Shown piece after piece: positions 39,678 through 53,850 of a stretch of 64,000 nucleotides of DNA. A model generated the notes under the pieces. That model saw nothing but the letters and a program-made list of their open reading frames with translations, searched no databases and was not told the origin of the DNA. The DNA is from Bugula neritina (taxonomy: Eukaryota; Animalia; Bryozoa). The translations under genes were made by a program, and so were the position numbers. Positions within the stretch are counted from its first letter, which is position 1, and each line of letters opens with the position of its first letter. Where the stretch lies: the NCBI GenBank assembly GCA_964035545.1, contig OZ037771.1, positions 6,977,190-7,041,189 of the forward strand, read 5' to 3'.

Positions 39678-42600
39678 TCAGCTAATGATTTTATCAACAA
39701 GTTCGAGGATCATATGAACTGAATGAAACCTATAGAACAGAACTAATGGATATGTCGTCTGAGTAATTGCAGTCCAAGTGGTCTCGCTAAATACTAGGGT
39801 CTTTGTTTTGCTTAATTTCAAAAAGAAGTGACCTTCAATAAAGCTGTCTGTCACCCATTTGAAAAAATTGCACGCACATAAATACCATAAGGATTGGAGG
39901 AAAACCTTTTGTTTCTTTGTAGTCAAATAGTTAAGATCAATAGGCAAATGGTTATTAACATTTTCTTTCATGATTAAAATAAGTAACGTCTGCATTGCTA
40001 TTTGCACAATGTCAATGGTATCAGTGAAGAAATTCAAATAGCTAACTTCTTTCAGCATACTTATATTGTCTATGTATGACTCGGTCTGATTATCAACTTG
40101 TTTCATCATAAGATCAACAGACTTTTCGTTAAAAGCAGCTGATGCGACGATAATTCCAAAGTACAGGTAGATAAACTCCCCGGTTGTTGCCACCAACAAA
40201 AGAATTGTCTCTGAATGCAGCCGCTTGCTCTGTAAAGTAAGAAAACATCAATGAGGTGGTAATTAGCTGTTCAAAAGTTTGTTTTTGAGAAAATCAAAGA
40301 AATAAATTAAAAAAATAGTGTTAAATGAATTATTCAAATATGTAGCTAATTACTGCAGTTGTAAGAGGTATTGCCAGTCAACTGTATTGTTTACCTGGGG
40401 CTTAACTTTTCCATAAATGATAGCTGTAGCTGTTCCAGTTACACCAAGTAAAAGGCAGTAGTAGACCAACCGTGCCCAATAAAAGTACGTAACAAGTTCC
40501 TTCAACAAAGCTGAATCATCACATACCACCTCCAGTATGATCAAAGCTATTGATAGTAATATAGCTAGGTTGAAACCAAATGTTGTAGTCGCTATGTTTG
40601 TTGTTGCTGGCGAGGGCACTTCTACAGTGGAAATTGCGTCAGCAGTAACTTCCGAGTTTGTATCAGAACTTAGAGATGGTTGAGTAGGTGCAGATATTGA
40701 TTGAGTCTCATCTGAATATGAAGACGGCATACTTAAAGTGGACTGGGAGGCTTCAAGTTCATTATTGGCTAAACCTGTACCACCTGGTTGGTCTGTTCCA
40801 CCATATGTGTTGCTCCTTGCTGATGGGTTTATAAGTGGTGTGTTTGGCTCATCGACTTCTAGCTCATCGTTAGTCGATTCTTCTTGTCTACAATTTTATG
40901 ACTTTCAAATTGTTTAAAACTACACAAAGAGTTTACTATATAAAAAAAGTTAAGATTTATCTAGCTCTTATAGGTGCTTTGTGGCATATGATTAATGATC
41001 TAATATATTCTTATAACAATTATCTATCTTTTGATAAGAAGCATAAAGTTATTTAATGTATAAGCAAAGTGCGTTAATTTCTCATTTTTTCTGTAAGGAT
41101 TGAACTTGCTTACCCTTCTTGGCATATAAACTTTGCACACGACATATTCCAGCCAGTGGTGTTTTTGATGCTTCGGTCTTCTGTAAAAATAGAAACAAAG
41201 TTGAATAACTAAATGAGAAATAATAAGATGATTGCTTTAATTGCGCTATTTAAAGCGACATAACTAACAATTAACTGTGGGTAAATTGCTTCTATTATTT
41301 GGGTAGCCTAATGAACACTACCTATATAACACCTGTACGGTTTATATATGTAATAGTATGCAACTTTACTTGAATTCTCTTTTCAAAGAGCATGGTCAGA
41401 AGCATTCCCACTGCCACTAGACAGAACTCCATGTCAAACGGATAAAAGTACGGCTCTACGCTGATTATTGCTTTTTTCAACTCTGTTGATCCATTCAGGC
41501 AATTGTGAAGTAATGCCATGTTTTCTAACTCTGTGGAAAATGTTCTTAGCTCATAGTTTTGATCTATAGTCTGTGAAGGAAGCTTTTCCTGTAGTACAAT
41601 TCAATTTAAGATCAATAACTTGGCTCAAAAGAAATTAATTAAGATTTTCATGCTAGAAATTTGGAGAACGTACCAACTTAGCAAATTATTGGCTAAGTTT
41701 ACTTATAATTTATAAATTTTCACTTAATCACAGTTATTAAATTTCAGAACATTCGGTAGCTTAAAGCGTCAAAGTGTTCAAGAATGTGCCTTTTATGCAA
41801 ATGCCAATAATGGCTGAAACTAAATAAGATGAATTGTGTAGTTAAAATACAAAGAACTTATAGGATATAAAAATATATCATTGTTAAAATGCCTATACAG
41901 ACCTTGGTTTCCTGGAGGAACGTAAAGATGTAAAGAGAGGCATTTGCAGCCATTATCATCAAGATGCAAAGCTTGCTTGCTTTGGAAACAGCCTGACAGC
42001 CTTTGTATTTGATAAGAAATGACATCTAAAATTAAAGCGAACAGGTGAGACCCGAATGATTTGGTTTATAAATACCATATTAAGCCTATACAGTATATAC
42101 ATTTGTGGAAACTGAATTGCCCTATATTATACAACTGGTTTATTGAAAATTTCTACCAAGAAAAAAGAATACTTTATTCAGAAAAATAAATGAAAAAAAG
42201 AAAAAACAACAAACTTGTTGGCATTTGTAAATTTTATTTGACACGTTCTTATAATTGAGTATATAGTTCAGGCTGCCTGTTAAAGTATAAAGTTGTAAGT
42301 AGAACATTTAGAATTAACTTTAAATATATGCAATTATTCTTTTTTATAGGTTTTTCAAAGAAACAAATTTGGTCAAAGGATTAATTTCATCAAAGTTTCC
42401 TGCATTATATATGCAAAAAATAACTCAGGAAAAATTATTATATTAGGCCACTTTTTCAGTCTATTTTAGTGTATGATGAACAAGAATAACCTGTTCTTTA
42501 AGTTATCAAAGTTTATAAGCAATTGATTTTTATATAACTTAAAATTACTTTCCCGAAAATATAAAATAAAGTTATATATAAAGTGTATTATCTTATTGTC

Positions 42601-43612
42601 GCAATATGACTTTTAGATTTTACATTCAAGACAATAGAAACCAACACCTCTTTTGCACAAGATCAAAATGATAATATAAAACCATAAGGCGAGCAACATT
42701 AGTTTTCATTTTTTGGGCAGCTTTGAGAAGGAGGTGTAATAACAAAAGATAGGAAAAAAATATGTTATATAAATGCAAATAGATTAGAAATCCATCAAAA
42801 GAGGTTATCTTTTAAGATAATCTAAGAACTTAGGTAATTAAATTGAAATTGCTCTACTACTGCACCTAAATGAATTATATAATGGGCAGTCACCTGTTTA
42901 GTAGCAAAAATAGCTGTTATCCTAACCTGGATTATTATAGAGAAAGATTTGAAAACGTCTAGAGTACTAGACACGTCATTCTCATAAACAAGTGCACGGA
43001 ATTTCCCCAACACCTTCCAAGGCACCGTCTGGTTTACATCTAGTTTGGTCACATTTCGATACGCACCAGCACATTGCACCTCTGCAGCCATTTCTATTAG
43101 GTTGATTATAATTGCACAAATTCCAAAAATATATAGTCCAACATATGGGACATATTGGTACCGGTGCTTTCTTTCTTGCTCACTGGTGGAACTCAGTCTG
43201 AGCTTGACAACACCTAGATTTTACAATTTACACATTAAAGTTTTATTTATAATTGATGTTTTCGGTTGCAATTGAAGTTGTGTTTTGTATAACGGAAGAC
43301 GGCATGGAAAAATATCAATTCTTCGTTGCTAGTTAAACTGAAGTATACTACATGAAAAAGTTTTATAACTTATATTTTATATGAAAAGTTGTTATAACCT
43401 ATACTCAATGGGAGTTTAATAGAATCATACATACCTGAGAGTATAAGGAATATAGAAATTAAGCCGAGGGATACCAGAACGATTAAGTAGAGATGTACAT
43501 CTGCCGTAGTGATGACTTCAAATATACTCAGCCATTGGGTTAGAGTCAACGTGAGACCAATGCAGAGCAGGTTTAGTAATACTAGTATAGCTGTTAAAGA
43601 AAACTGGTTCAT
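39678..43612 (-). pseudogene. Otopetrin-like proton channel A1 (7 exons) with an apparent 1-nt frameshift at the end of exon 4
   Basis: Exons 43612-43435, 43213-42927, 42025-41903, 41588-41370, 41180-41114, 40887-40395, 40229-39678. Motifs YFYPFDMEF (cf. otopetrin YLYPFNIEY) and PLVLFYRFHS (cf. FYRMHS). Exon 4 is 219 nt versus 220 nt in A2, which breaks the frame; this could also be a sequencing error. Confidence 0.75.
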
Positions 43613-46469
43613 GTTGAATCTAAGACTATTCTTTACGCTGTATGCAAAACCGTTCCAGTCTGAAGAAAAGCCAGTACATGCATGAATGTAGCAGTACTAA
43701 TGCGTGAGCGTTTACACTGACAGCTGAGACTGCCTTTAAATACAAGAGTTAGCAGCCTATATGGTCACATGTTTTTAAAAAGTTATTGGGAAGTAAGGAA
43801 TTAGTGTCACTACACTGATTATGTTATCAGCAGCAAATAATTGTGATTGACAATAAAATGACTCACTAATGCCATAATGCTAGTCTGTATGAGTTGTTGA
43901 TAGAGGTCATTGATAATAATAGTATCTCTTAGATAGCAATATACACAATGTCTTTTACAATTAAAGTGATACTTGATTGGCTCTAATCAAGTAGGAAATA
44001 TAAAGGCAACATGAAAGCAAGTACAAAACTTGTGTAAAATGAGCATAAAATCAGTGCAAAGTAAAATTATATGATTCAATAGGATCAGTCAATATTACGC
44101 TTTTCAGCAATATGTGTTTATAAAAGTTACCAGCTGTAAAACACAAATTTTACAGGTAAAATCTGCGCACAATGAAATTGATGATGTGACTTATACTCAT
44201 GTTATTAGATAAGTTACATTGTGTTAACTATGAGGAAGCTGTAACACTTACTTTATGATAGCTATGTTATAATAGTCCAATGACAAACTGTTATATAATT
44301 GATGCATTTACTTTTACTATACTCAAACATTGTTAATAGTCTATAGAGGTATAGCAGAGCAGTGTTTTAGCTTAGTTGATATCATTATTGCCAAGTTCTC
44401 CTGAAAGTTTCGCTTATTTTTATAGCATTTATTGTAGGGTTTAGTGAAGCCATAACTCTCACATTTTTTTCTCACCTGTCTCAGCTTTGTCCTGTTCGAG
44501 TAGCGAGTCAGTACAGCCACAGTGATGCTAAATTATGCTAAACGTACTAAAACAGTTGTATAAATGTTTCTAATACATGTATAAAAATTCATATGCATTT
44601 ATGATATACATATGTATGCAGTATATGATTAATATGGGTATAAATTATCTGCATGTATAAGCCATAAGTGTTTTACTACCCGTATGTATATAGCACATGC
44701 AGGCATTTGAATGCCTACACATATGAATATATTGTTACACATATTTGTGATGGAACTGGCAGGCCAAACTCAACTCAAATCGAATTTGAACCCAAAAAAG
44801 GCTAACTTCACTCATGAAATATTTCATGCAGTAAAAGAAGTTGTATTCTCTTAGATCTCACAACAAAAACAACCTATCAACAGGAGTTGTCTGTCTCCTG
44901 ACATCTACGAAAAAATAAGCAGGGAAGTTATGTCACCTTTGTTGTTGGATAGTCTAGAAAACTAGAAGTAAAATCATCAAAATTTTGATTTATGATTTAT
45001 TCGAAAGATCATTGCTTTCCTCAATAAGAAATGTCTTTTTTTACATAATTGTCTATTTGAAAAAGTAAATATGAGATTTGGAGTATACTAAGCATTTGCA
45101 CTACTGTCTATATAATTCAACTATTCTGACTCATAAAAGTTGGTAAACAGATAGTTTTTGCCAATGAAGGCGGAAAAAATCAAACAAGCTCAGCACACGC
45201 CAGTTTATCATCTCAAATAAATTATTTTTCACATTCAAACATAACATACTAATGTCATATTATACTAAACCACATATGCTGGTAAAACAGCAAGATGTTT
45301 TGATATTTGCATATACCCAATAAACCATCTAAGAATTGCTTTTCTCTCAATTATTTTAAGAAGAACATTGTAAGAACAGTAGAGCCTTTGATGTTTAAAA
45401 ACTAGTGCATAGTAAAGTCCTGAAATGCACTCCTAATTGTAATTTAGTTGAAGGTAGAAAACCCTAGTCAAGTTGCAGTTTCATTTTATTATTATTAAGT
45501 TTTGAAGCATTTCTTTAGTTGTATGCCATCATAAGGAAGTCAAATAGGTTTTTATATCATATAAAGTGTTGATGTTCTATGAGGATCGAGGAAGGGGGGG
45601 GGGAACTGGTCATGTGACTATTGATAGTTGACCCCTTGCCTGTAGGGAATGTAGAATCTGCCAATTGTTGACCTTTATGTAAGGTCAACAGAAGGAACGA
45701 CAGTAAATTAATGCAGTATTTGTTATTTTCAATATTATTATTTATGAGAGCGATATCAAATGTCTACGTTGTTTATTGCTTTATATATTATATTATTGCG
45801 TTATTATGCTATATAAAACAGTCTAGAATGTTACCTACCAGCAAAGTTAATGTCCTTGCTATCTAGGAATCGGAATTGATGTATTCAAGTGTTAGTTCAC
45901 TCACGTTGACTTTTTAAAATCTAGACCACATACATGTATATGTTTATCTTTGAAAATCAAGGTTGCAGATAAATATCAGAAGCAAATATAGCTTTGCCTG
46001 ATAAACATATATCATGCTTTCACTAAAAACAAAGAGGTTACCTATCTTGTCTTTGTCTTTCTACAAACAAATTATTTCTGTCGAAGTAAGTTTTTGAAAC
46101 AAATCTTGTAAAATTTTCAGTATTTTTTAATGACCAGTGCAATCAATTATTTATTTGGTTAGTATAATTGTGCAGAAAACAAAATATCAATGATTTGAAA
46201 TAGGCTACTATTAAAACAATAATGCTGCTCTATTACAGCCATAAGCGGGATGCATATAGTAGATTCATGCAAATTAACGTACATATGTATAAATATACTA
46301 TATACACATAAATTAAATAATGTATGCATAGGCATGACTCATAAAACCAAAATTGCACATGATACGGTGAAATAAAACGTTTGATCATGCATTAGGCATC
46401 TCACATGATTATTCAAAACATGATACTTTATTTTGAGCACTTAAATAGTTTTTTGCTTGAAAACTACTC

Positions 46470-49400
46470 ACCTCTGATTGATCTTTCCTCAATATATACC
46501 CGAAGGGTAAATCTGTTGCAGAGAAGAAAAAGATGTAATAAACTAAGCGTGCTCCATAAAAAGAAGTAACCAATTTCTTCAGAAGCCATTTATCACTACA
46601 AATGATCACCTGAAATATAACTAGTAGTAAAGAAACTGCCAGAGCCAAGTTAAATCCACATATGTATTTTCTTTACAGCTTTCGGTTGTAGATTGGCTCA
46701 CAGAGTCAACCAGGTCCTAACTTTTATTTGAATTTGAAACTTCTGCCATTGCTCAATATCCACTATTTTGTGATCCTAGAAGTAGAGTCGTGTCATTAGT
46801 AGATTCTATCACATCCTCACTTTCATGCACAGAGCTCAAGGAATTTTTTTCATGCTCAACAGAATATCCAGAATTAGAATGCTCATTTTGTTGCATTTCT
46901 TGAGGTGGTGTTGTTTATAAGCCGCCTTACGAGAAACTGGCGTTTCAGGTGAATCTAAGAGTGTCATCGACTGTACGTTCTGATTTAACAGGTAGTTGTG
47001 GAGTGACTCATCTCTTAGATCCATCTGAAAACCTTCAAGTATGGTGACTTCGACCTGATTAGTTGAAGATAATTGATCAAAAGTTGGGCTAGACTCCAAA
47101 AATGGAAGATATAGCCCTAAAGGTAAAAGCCTCGAGTAAAGTAATCCCCATTTCTAAACTTGGAAAACTAAAAATGTACGTCTGATTGCTGTTGAGTTAA
47201 AAGTAAAAATGCTCGAACCGAGTGTTGTCAGATTTTCATTTGACAACCCTTCGGGCTCGTGTCCGGTTAGGGATTCTACCAACTTTCGTAAGGACAAATC
47301 CGGTCATCGGAACTCATCCGAATTTTCGCACTCGTCCTCAAGTTTTTGAGGAAAACCTTTCAATTTTCTAAGACAACCCTTAATGTATAGACTAGAATAT
47401 CTACCTGTACCGGGTGCACAACCCATTCGTAGTGACATCTTCATGTGTCCTACGTGGTAGTTAGCCAGATATCCAGGTGGTCTTCTGCTTCTTTTGGGCC
47501 TGTAAAGGATAACAGGCGATTGTGCGTCATAGGGCTCCATGGAGTCGGCAGATGGGTTGGCCGCACCCCGGCCTACCCCAAAGGTGCAGAGGTCCTTTAC
47601 CCTCGGAGTTGCCAGGGCAGGTCCCGGGACCAAATTGTCCGAGGGTCTAGGCTGAGGGGGCGGTTTAAGTGCATCGTTAGATTCGGTAGTCCTGGGGACG
47701 AGAATCTCTCAATCTCTGTGTTGAGCCACTCTTCCTCGGTTGATGAGCTAGCAGGCTGGCTCTAGCAGTGGAGGTGATTGCTCCACAGCATTCGGGCTGG
47801 CATAGTAGGATTTTAGCTGCTGCTCTTTCTGGACCGAGATCTGCTCTGAGCGCTTTACATAGTATGTGTAGTTGGGCAAAACTTCTCCTACACAGTAGGG
47901 TCCTACAGACTTGAGTTAAAAGTTTGCCTACTCTCCGCAACGCCGACTGTGGCTGACCATCCACACCCAGTCGCCTACTTGATACAGAGGAGGTCCTCTG
48001 AATCTTCCGTTTGTACCTTCTACAGCTTTACTCGTACACCCTTGTGGGCCTCACTCATCCGATCAATCAACTTCCCCACATGCTCGTGAACTGTGAACTC
48101 GGGCCGGGCACTGGAACGTGGTATGTTAGGTGTTCCAGGACTCTAGTGTCTTGGCTGAGCATTAGAAGGTTTGGGGTCTCTTGTGCATTTCAGTGCGGTG
48201 TGATGCGGCAGGCTCGGATGATTTGAGGCAGCACCACATCCTATTTCTCCTAACTTCTGCCTAAGAGTAGGCCCCTGAGGGCATCACCCAACATTCGGTT
48301 GTTCTGTTCTATGACTCCGCTCCCTTGTGGGTGATATAGGGTGGTCCGACTCTGGCTCACCTCTCATACCCAGCAGAGGTCTTCCATTAACTGGGGCTAG
48401 AACTGGGCACCCTGGATCATGCGGATCTGCTCTGGTAGCCCAAAGTAACAGAACACATGTTGGTCCAGGGCCCAGGCCACCGTGGGGGCGGATACATCTT
48501 GTATGACCAGGGTGTCCGCCCACCGGCTGTCCCCAGCATGGGCCTCTTTACAGATATCCCAGATCAGTTTTTACTGGAAAGCACGTGGACATACAACTCA
48601 TTCCCTCTCCTGGTGATTGTTATCTGCTGCCGGCCATATAGTCGGTAAACCCTCCGGGTTGGCCCTGAAGCAATTCTGGTGGCGAGAGAGATGTTAGAAC
48701 TCAACGTCTCTGTGCCAGGGAAATAATCCTGGCTGTTTGCCAAAATTTGAATAAAAGTATATGTTAGTTTTTTCCAGCTTTTTCAGCTATTTTCTAGCTT
48801 TTTGTTATGCTATTTTTGCTTGTATTGTAAGTGTTAGTAGTTCACTTGCCAGGAAGACATTCTAAAAAGCTGATGTTTGTAAGTGGTATCATAATTTTGA
48901 AGGTTTTGTTTTCGTTGATATTATTTGAAGGCTACTTATGCATGTACTTTTGTACAGGATGTAACCATTGTTTAATATTTTGATAGAGTACAAGACATAG
49001 AGTAAACAATAAACTCAAAGACTAACACTGTTGCTCTATGCTTGTTGCTATCCAACTCAATGAGCCAATCCTGGCACAGCCTCCCTGCTTCTGCTGCTCC
49101 TCACTTAGTTGTCTCTCTTCCTTCTTGGCCCAGACATTGTCTGCCACCGCGCCTGACAAGGTCTCCTGGAGTCAGCACAGTTCCTTGACGTTCTGGTCCA
49201 GAGTGGGGTTGGCGAAAAGGGCATCGTCGGTGTCTGGGTGCAGTTTGGACAGAAGATGGCTTTGCTCCTAACTATAGACGTCATCTTGCCTCAACTGCTC
49301 TTCCACGTCATGGCAAGCAGGTCCCCTGTCTCGTCTTTTAATATGCAGGCACTGCTTACAGTCCTCCGATGGCTGGCGGCTCATGCAGGTTGCGTTCCTA

Positions 49401-52400
49401 TGCTATTTTCCAGCACGGTGATCAATCCTGTAGGAGAACTCAGCAATAATTTTTAGCCAAAAAGCCACCTGGCCTAAAAGCTCAAAAAGATTGCACAGCC
49501 ATACCAGTGATGCATAGTCTGTTTGTAACCTAAACAGTCTCCCATACAGATATGGCCGGTAGTGCTTGACTGCCTTGACCACTGCCAGGAGATCTTTCTT
49601 GGTGTTGCACTAGTGTTTCTCAGCAGTCAAAAGAGTCTTGCTATAGCAAGCTGCCACCACTTCAATTCTACTCTGGACAAGAGACAGGACAGCTCTAACA
49701 CTGTGGTCGATGGCGTTGGTGTCCCGGATTCACTCTTTGGCCAGGTCAAGATGCGCCAGCTTGGGTGCCGCCATCAGCCAATTCTTGAGGTGGTCGAATG
49801 CTTGTTGCTCCTCTTGTGTCTACTGCCACTGGACCCCCTTGCCTTTTAGCTAATTCAAAAGCTTAGCCACTTGACTTCTGGTTGCAAGAGTGCACACTTG
49901 GAGAGCTTTAACTTTAGTCTTGCTGCCCAGAGACGATCAAAGACCTCCTGCAGATGACTGAAATGAATCGCAAACACGGGTAGATAACAATGATGTTGTC
50001 TAGACATATTAGCACAGTCTTCCTGTGCAGCCCACTGAGGACTTACTCCATGAGTCGCTGGAGGTTTGTCGTGGCGGGCGTTGGTTCGAATGGCTGTATT
50101 TTCTAATTCTAGAGTCTATCACAGCTGCCTTGTCCTGTGCATCAGAAGTAAAGAGCACCTGCCAGTACCCACTTAGCAGATCCAAAGTACTGAAGTACTT
50201 GCTTCTTGTGAGGGCATCCAGCGACTCATTTATCTGAGGGAGAGAGGGGGCATCCTGAATGGTAACACTATTGAGCTTGCAGCAATCCACGCTGAACCTC
50301 CAACTATCATTCTTTTTCTCGACCAGGCCTACTGAAGAGCTCCACGCACTGTGGGCAGGCTCAATCAGGTTCAGGTTGAGAAAATCTTGCAGTTGTATGC
50401 TCACCTTCTTCTCCTTCTTTGGGCTCACTCACTGGATTGGCTGCCTGATGGGAGTGGTGCCGGCTGCCAAGAATGTATCGTGGCAGACAACCTTGGTCAG
50501 TTCAATGTTGTTGTCTTTGTAGCATAAGGCATAATTGTAATCTATGAGTAGTCGAGCCCGCTTTTGAAGTTCGGCGCTACTCTTACAATTTCTGCAGGCT
50601 CCATTATACAAGTCAGCCATGTGTTCCGGCACCGCTCCTTGGCTGGGTCCAATAGGGGTTCCCTGGGTGCTGGCCGCTGTTTCCAGTGCCAGTCCCACAT
50701 CCGTTTTCTAGATGGGATGGCACTTGCTCAACAACACACCAGCCAACAGCTTGACAGGTTCAGCAAATGGGTTGATTCATTGTACAAGAAGCTCCTCCTG
50801 ACAGTCTAGCCAATTCAGGCTGTTTGCTTGTTCCCAGTTCGACTATCCGCTTGCAGTCAATCTTGCAGCGTAAGGTAGCTTGGGAGCGTCTTGGTACTAC
50901 TTGAACTCTGCCCATCAAGAGCCTGCCAAACTTGTCAAATCAGACAAGTTCCTTTTCAGCTATCACCACCCCTGACTTCTGAAAATTCCTACGACACTGC
51001 TATTTCTCCAGAAATGACATGCCTAGCACGGCATCCTCTTGCAGATGGCTGACAGTGAAAGTCTTGTGAATCTCCTGATCACGGACTCGTCCCGGTAGTG
51101 TAATGATGCTGTTCAAAAGAATTTATGATTCATCCGCCAACGTACCATGTAACGGCTTAAGGTTTGCTCACTCACTAGTGCCAAGCGTGTTGAAGAAACG
51201 CCGACTCAGCAGGTTTGTGGTACAACCGGAGTTCAGTAGAAAAGTTGCAGTTTTACCCGCTATCTTTCCAAGTAGAAAGTAGCTTTTGTATGGCTGAGCA
51301 CTCTTTGAGTAGTCAGGCTTTGGGGAGACATCTCTTGGTTCCTCACGGCGAACTTCTTTTTTGTGGGAGTGTTCTGAGGTTCTGGAGGGTAGCTTGGGGA
51401 ACTCTTGAGAGTAAGCTGAATGTTTTGCCATGACCTCGTGGGGTAAATATGCAAACCGGTTGCTGATTGTCTAGGCTGACGTCGCGGGTAGACCTTGGGG
51501 TCTCCAAGATTTCTGAGGTACCTGCCACCCTGCGTCAAGGGACTTTAACCGGGGATTGAGTAGCTAGCTAAGAGGTTCGGACAAGTGTTTTGACCACCGA
51601 CTCTGATGTGTTTGCCGCTCGGTGTCGGTCCGCTACACTAACGCTCTCTTAGGCTTTGTCTAGACTTCTCCACGAATTGGGTTGAACCTGGGCCCACAGT
51701 TGCTGGAAGTTACCATAGCCTTATGTGTTTACCAACACCCTCCACTTCTGGGGGCAGTGCCATCTCACATGCCCCAAGGTATTGCACCCCCAACAGATGA
51801 GGTGTGTGAAGATGACAGGGTCGTTTTGAGATCAGGGTGCCCGCCTGTCAGTCTGGGCCCACTGCATCTTCAACATCTTCATATGCAGGCTTTTCACCAT
51901 GTCCAGCAACATGGAAATCGGCGCGACGGTAGTGGCAGTCGCGACTCGAGTCACCACTAGCTCCTCTTTCTCCACTTGATTGGCAGTGAAATCGGCTTTG
52001 TGGGAGTTCTCTACTTGATAGTAAACCCTTCTTATTTCCACTGCCTCTTCTATGGTAGTGATCTTGGCCACCAGGTATTAACGTTACAAACTGGCGTTAT
52101 TGACGGTCAAGAAAATTGTCTCTCAGATGAGGCTCTGCCGCTCCTCCTCCTCTGTGTGGCTGTATGCAATCTGGGCCAGTGTTTCTATGGTGTTGGAATG
52201 GTCCTAGAGAAATTTCTTTCTGTTTCTTCTAAAGCTCTGCGATCGGTCCTGAGCGTTCAGAGAGCCTGAAGTCCACATTGAGCTCGAGTGCATAGCTCTT
52301 GGCCCAACTTGTCAGACAGATCTAGAGTTGAAGGAGTTGCACCGGTGCCAACTATTCGGCACTGCTTATTGAATTAGCAGCTTAGATTGCTTCAGCTGTT

Positions 52401-53520
52401 GTAAATGCAACGCCATAGCAGTACAACCAAACTGCAGATAATGCAAAATAATCAGCTATAAGATACATCTGCTATGTGGACTGTGTTTAGTCTTGAGTGG
52501 TTGTAAAATCTTTTAGTACATATGTGCAATAATTTGTGATTATTCGGTAACAATACATTTTTAAACAACATGATCAAGCTTTGGCTATGAAGAAATAAAA
52601 CATTAGCTCATGGGAAGTTAGTCCATAACTTTTACTTTGGTTTCTTGCAAAAAAGTAGAAATATAATGAGCAGCGTTAGACATCATCATCACCAAGATAC
52701 AGGTTTTGCTAGATATTGCGTTGGCTTTGTGATCTTTGTATTTTGTTAAAAGCACATCTATAATTTGCAAAAATATAATGATTAGAAAACACATGGCACA
52801 GAATAAAAACTAGCATATTTTCAAGACTTGAAGTAATTCACCAAATTTGATTGATACAGGTTTAAACAATTCTCGTATATGATTACATAGCGAAAAACTT
52901 TACTAGTGTGCGTGAACCTAGTAACAAATGTTTATAAACCTACTACTGGTATTGATGTATATCCAACCACAAACCTGCAGAAGGACAGAAATGAACTTTA
53001 GAGCGGAAAAAAAAAACAAAAGACTATGCCCTTTTTTATCATTGGGGCCAGTTTCTCAGATACACTGCTTAAACCTGTTTCTTCATTTCTGATATACTGA
53101 TAAAGTGTAGAACATGAAACTTCTGCAATGAACTAAAAAAAAGTAATGATAATACTTCCTATTCCAAATACATACATGTACACACCAATATACGGGACAA
53201 ACTTGTAGCCTTGGTGATTCATTGGCTCTGATGTAATAGGCTGCAATTGGACCATCCTATTACACAAAACATAACAGTTAATAAGACAAAATTGCAATAA
53301 AATGAAAGAAAGGTAAAAAGTAAAAAGCATGCAGGAAAGCTTTAGACCGGCAAGAATAAGATAAATTGGCATTTCAAAAGATAAGTGGGTCAGCAAGTGA
53401 CACGAGAGCATAACTGAAATGTTGACCAAAAGAGGTTAAGTGATAACTTCAAAAAACAGGACAGCAATTAGGAGGGAGTAGTACTACAAGAAATACACCA
53501 AATTCATCATATGCATGGCA
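46470..53520 (-). pseudogene. Otopetrin-like B1 pseudogene, split by a Gypsy element
   Basis: Remnant exons at ~53520-53390 (FEVIT), ~53256-52974 (FVPYIGVYMYVFGIG, in-frame TAG), ~52756-52635 (SKTCILVMMMSNAAHYISTFLQETK, frameshifted) and ~46914-46471 (matches 63073-63416, with stops). The last exon is deleted. Confidence 0.82.
46912..52360 (-). mobile_element. Decayed Ty3/Gypsy LTR retrotransposon (gag-PR-RT-RH-IN)
   Basis: GC-richer block. Protease FLLNSGCTTNLLS (~51200-51260); RT IEPAHSAWSS..WRFSVD..LNSVTIQDA..LPQI..FSTLDLLSGYWQV (50009-50428); RNase H-like ~49500-49740; integrase-like ~48200-48650. Order is PR-RT-RH-IN, with many stops and frameshifts. LTR limits are uncertain. Confidence 0.9.
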
Positions 53521-53711
53521 TTAACTAAAATGACTACGCAAATATAAAGAAATTGAAAAAAAAATCAGTATTTTTGAAAAAGGTTATAAAAATATTTATC
53601 TTATATCCAAGAGGTTAATATGCATGTGATTAAAGCCTATAAGACAGATGACAATACTAACCTGATAGGATGATGACCATGCAGATGATTCCTATTGACA
53701 CAAGTCCATTT

Positions 53712-53850
53712 AGGTACATGTGCACATCCTCTAAAGTAATAACTTTGAGTTGTCTTATCAATCTAAGAGTTGTGCAATGGGGAACATATATGACACGGAG
53801 ATAAAATATATAGTCAGCAGTTGATGCTAGCATGTGAAGTTCTCAAGTGT
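53712..53850 (+). pseudogene. Orphan duplicate of the last exon/3'UTR of secreted protein 2
   Basis: gagttgtcttatcaatctaagagttgtgcaatggggaaca...gacacg...tagtcagcag...tgctagca...aagttctcaa aligns with 38395-38510. Confidence 0.75.

Noticed and set aside
47304-52269. Numerous plus-strand ORFs within the GC-rich block
   Set aside because: Antisense or shifted frames of decayed Gypsy gag-pol.
52336-52352. Primer-binding site TGGCACCGGTG of the Gypsy element
   Set aside because: The position is plausible, but I could not match it to a tRNA 3' end or find an adjacent 5' LTR matching 46912-47250.
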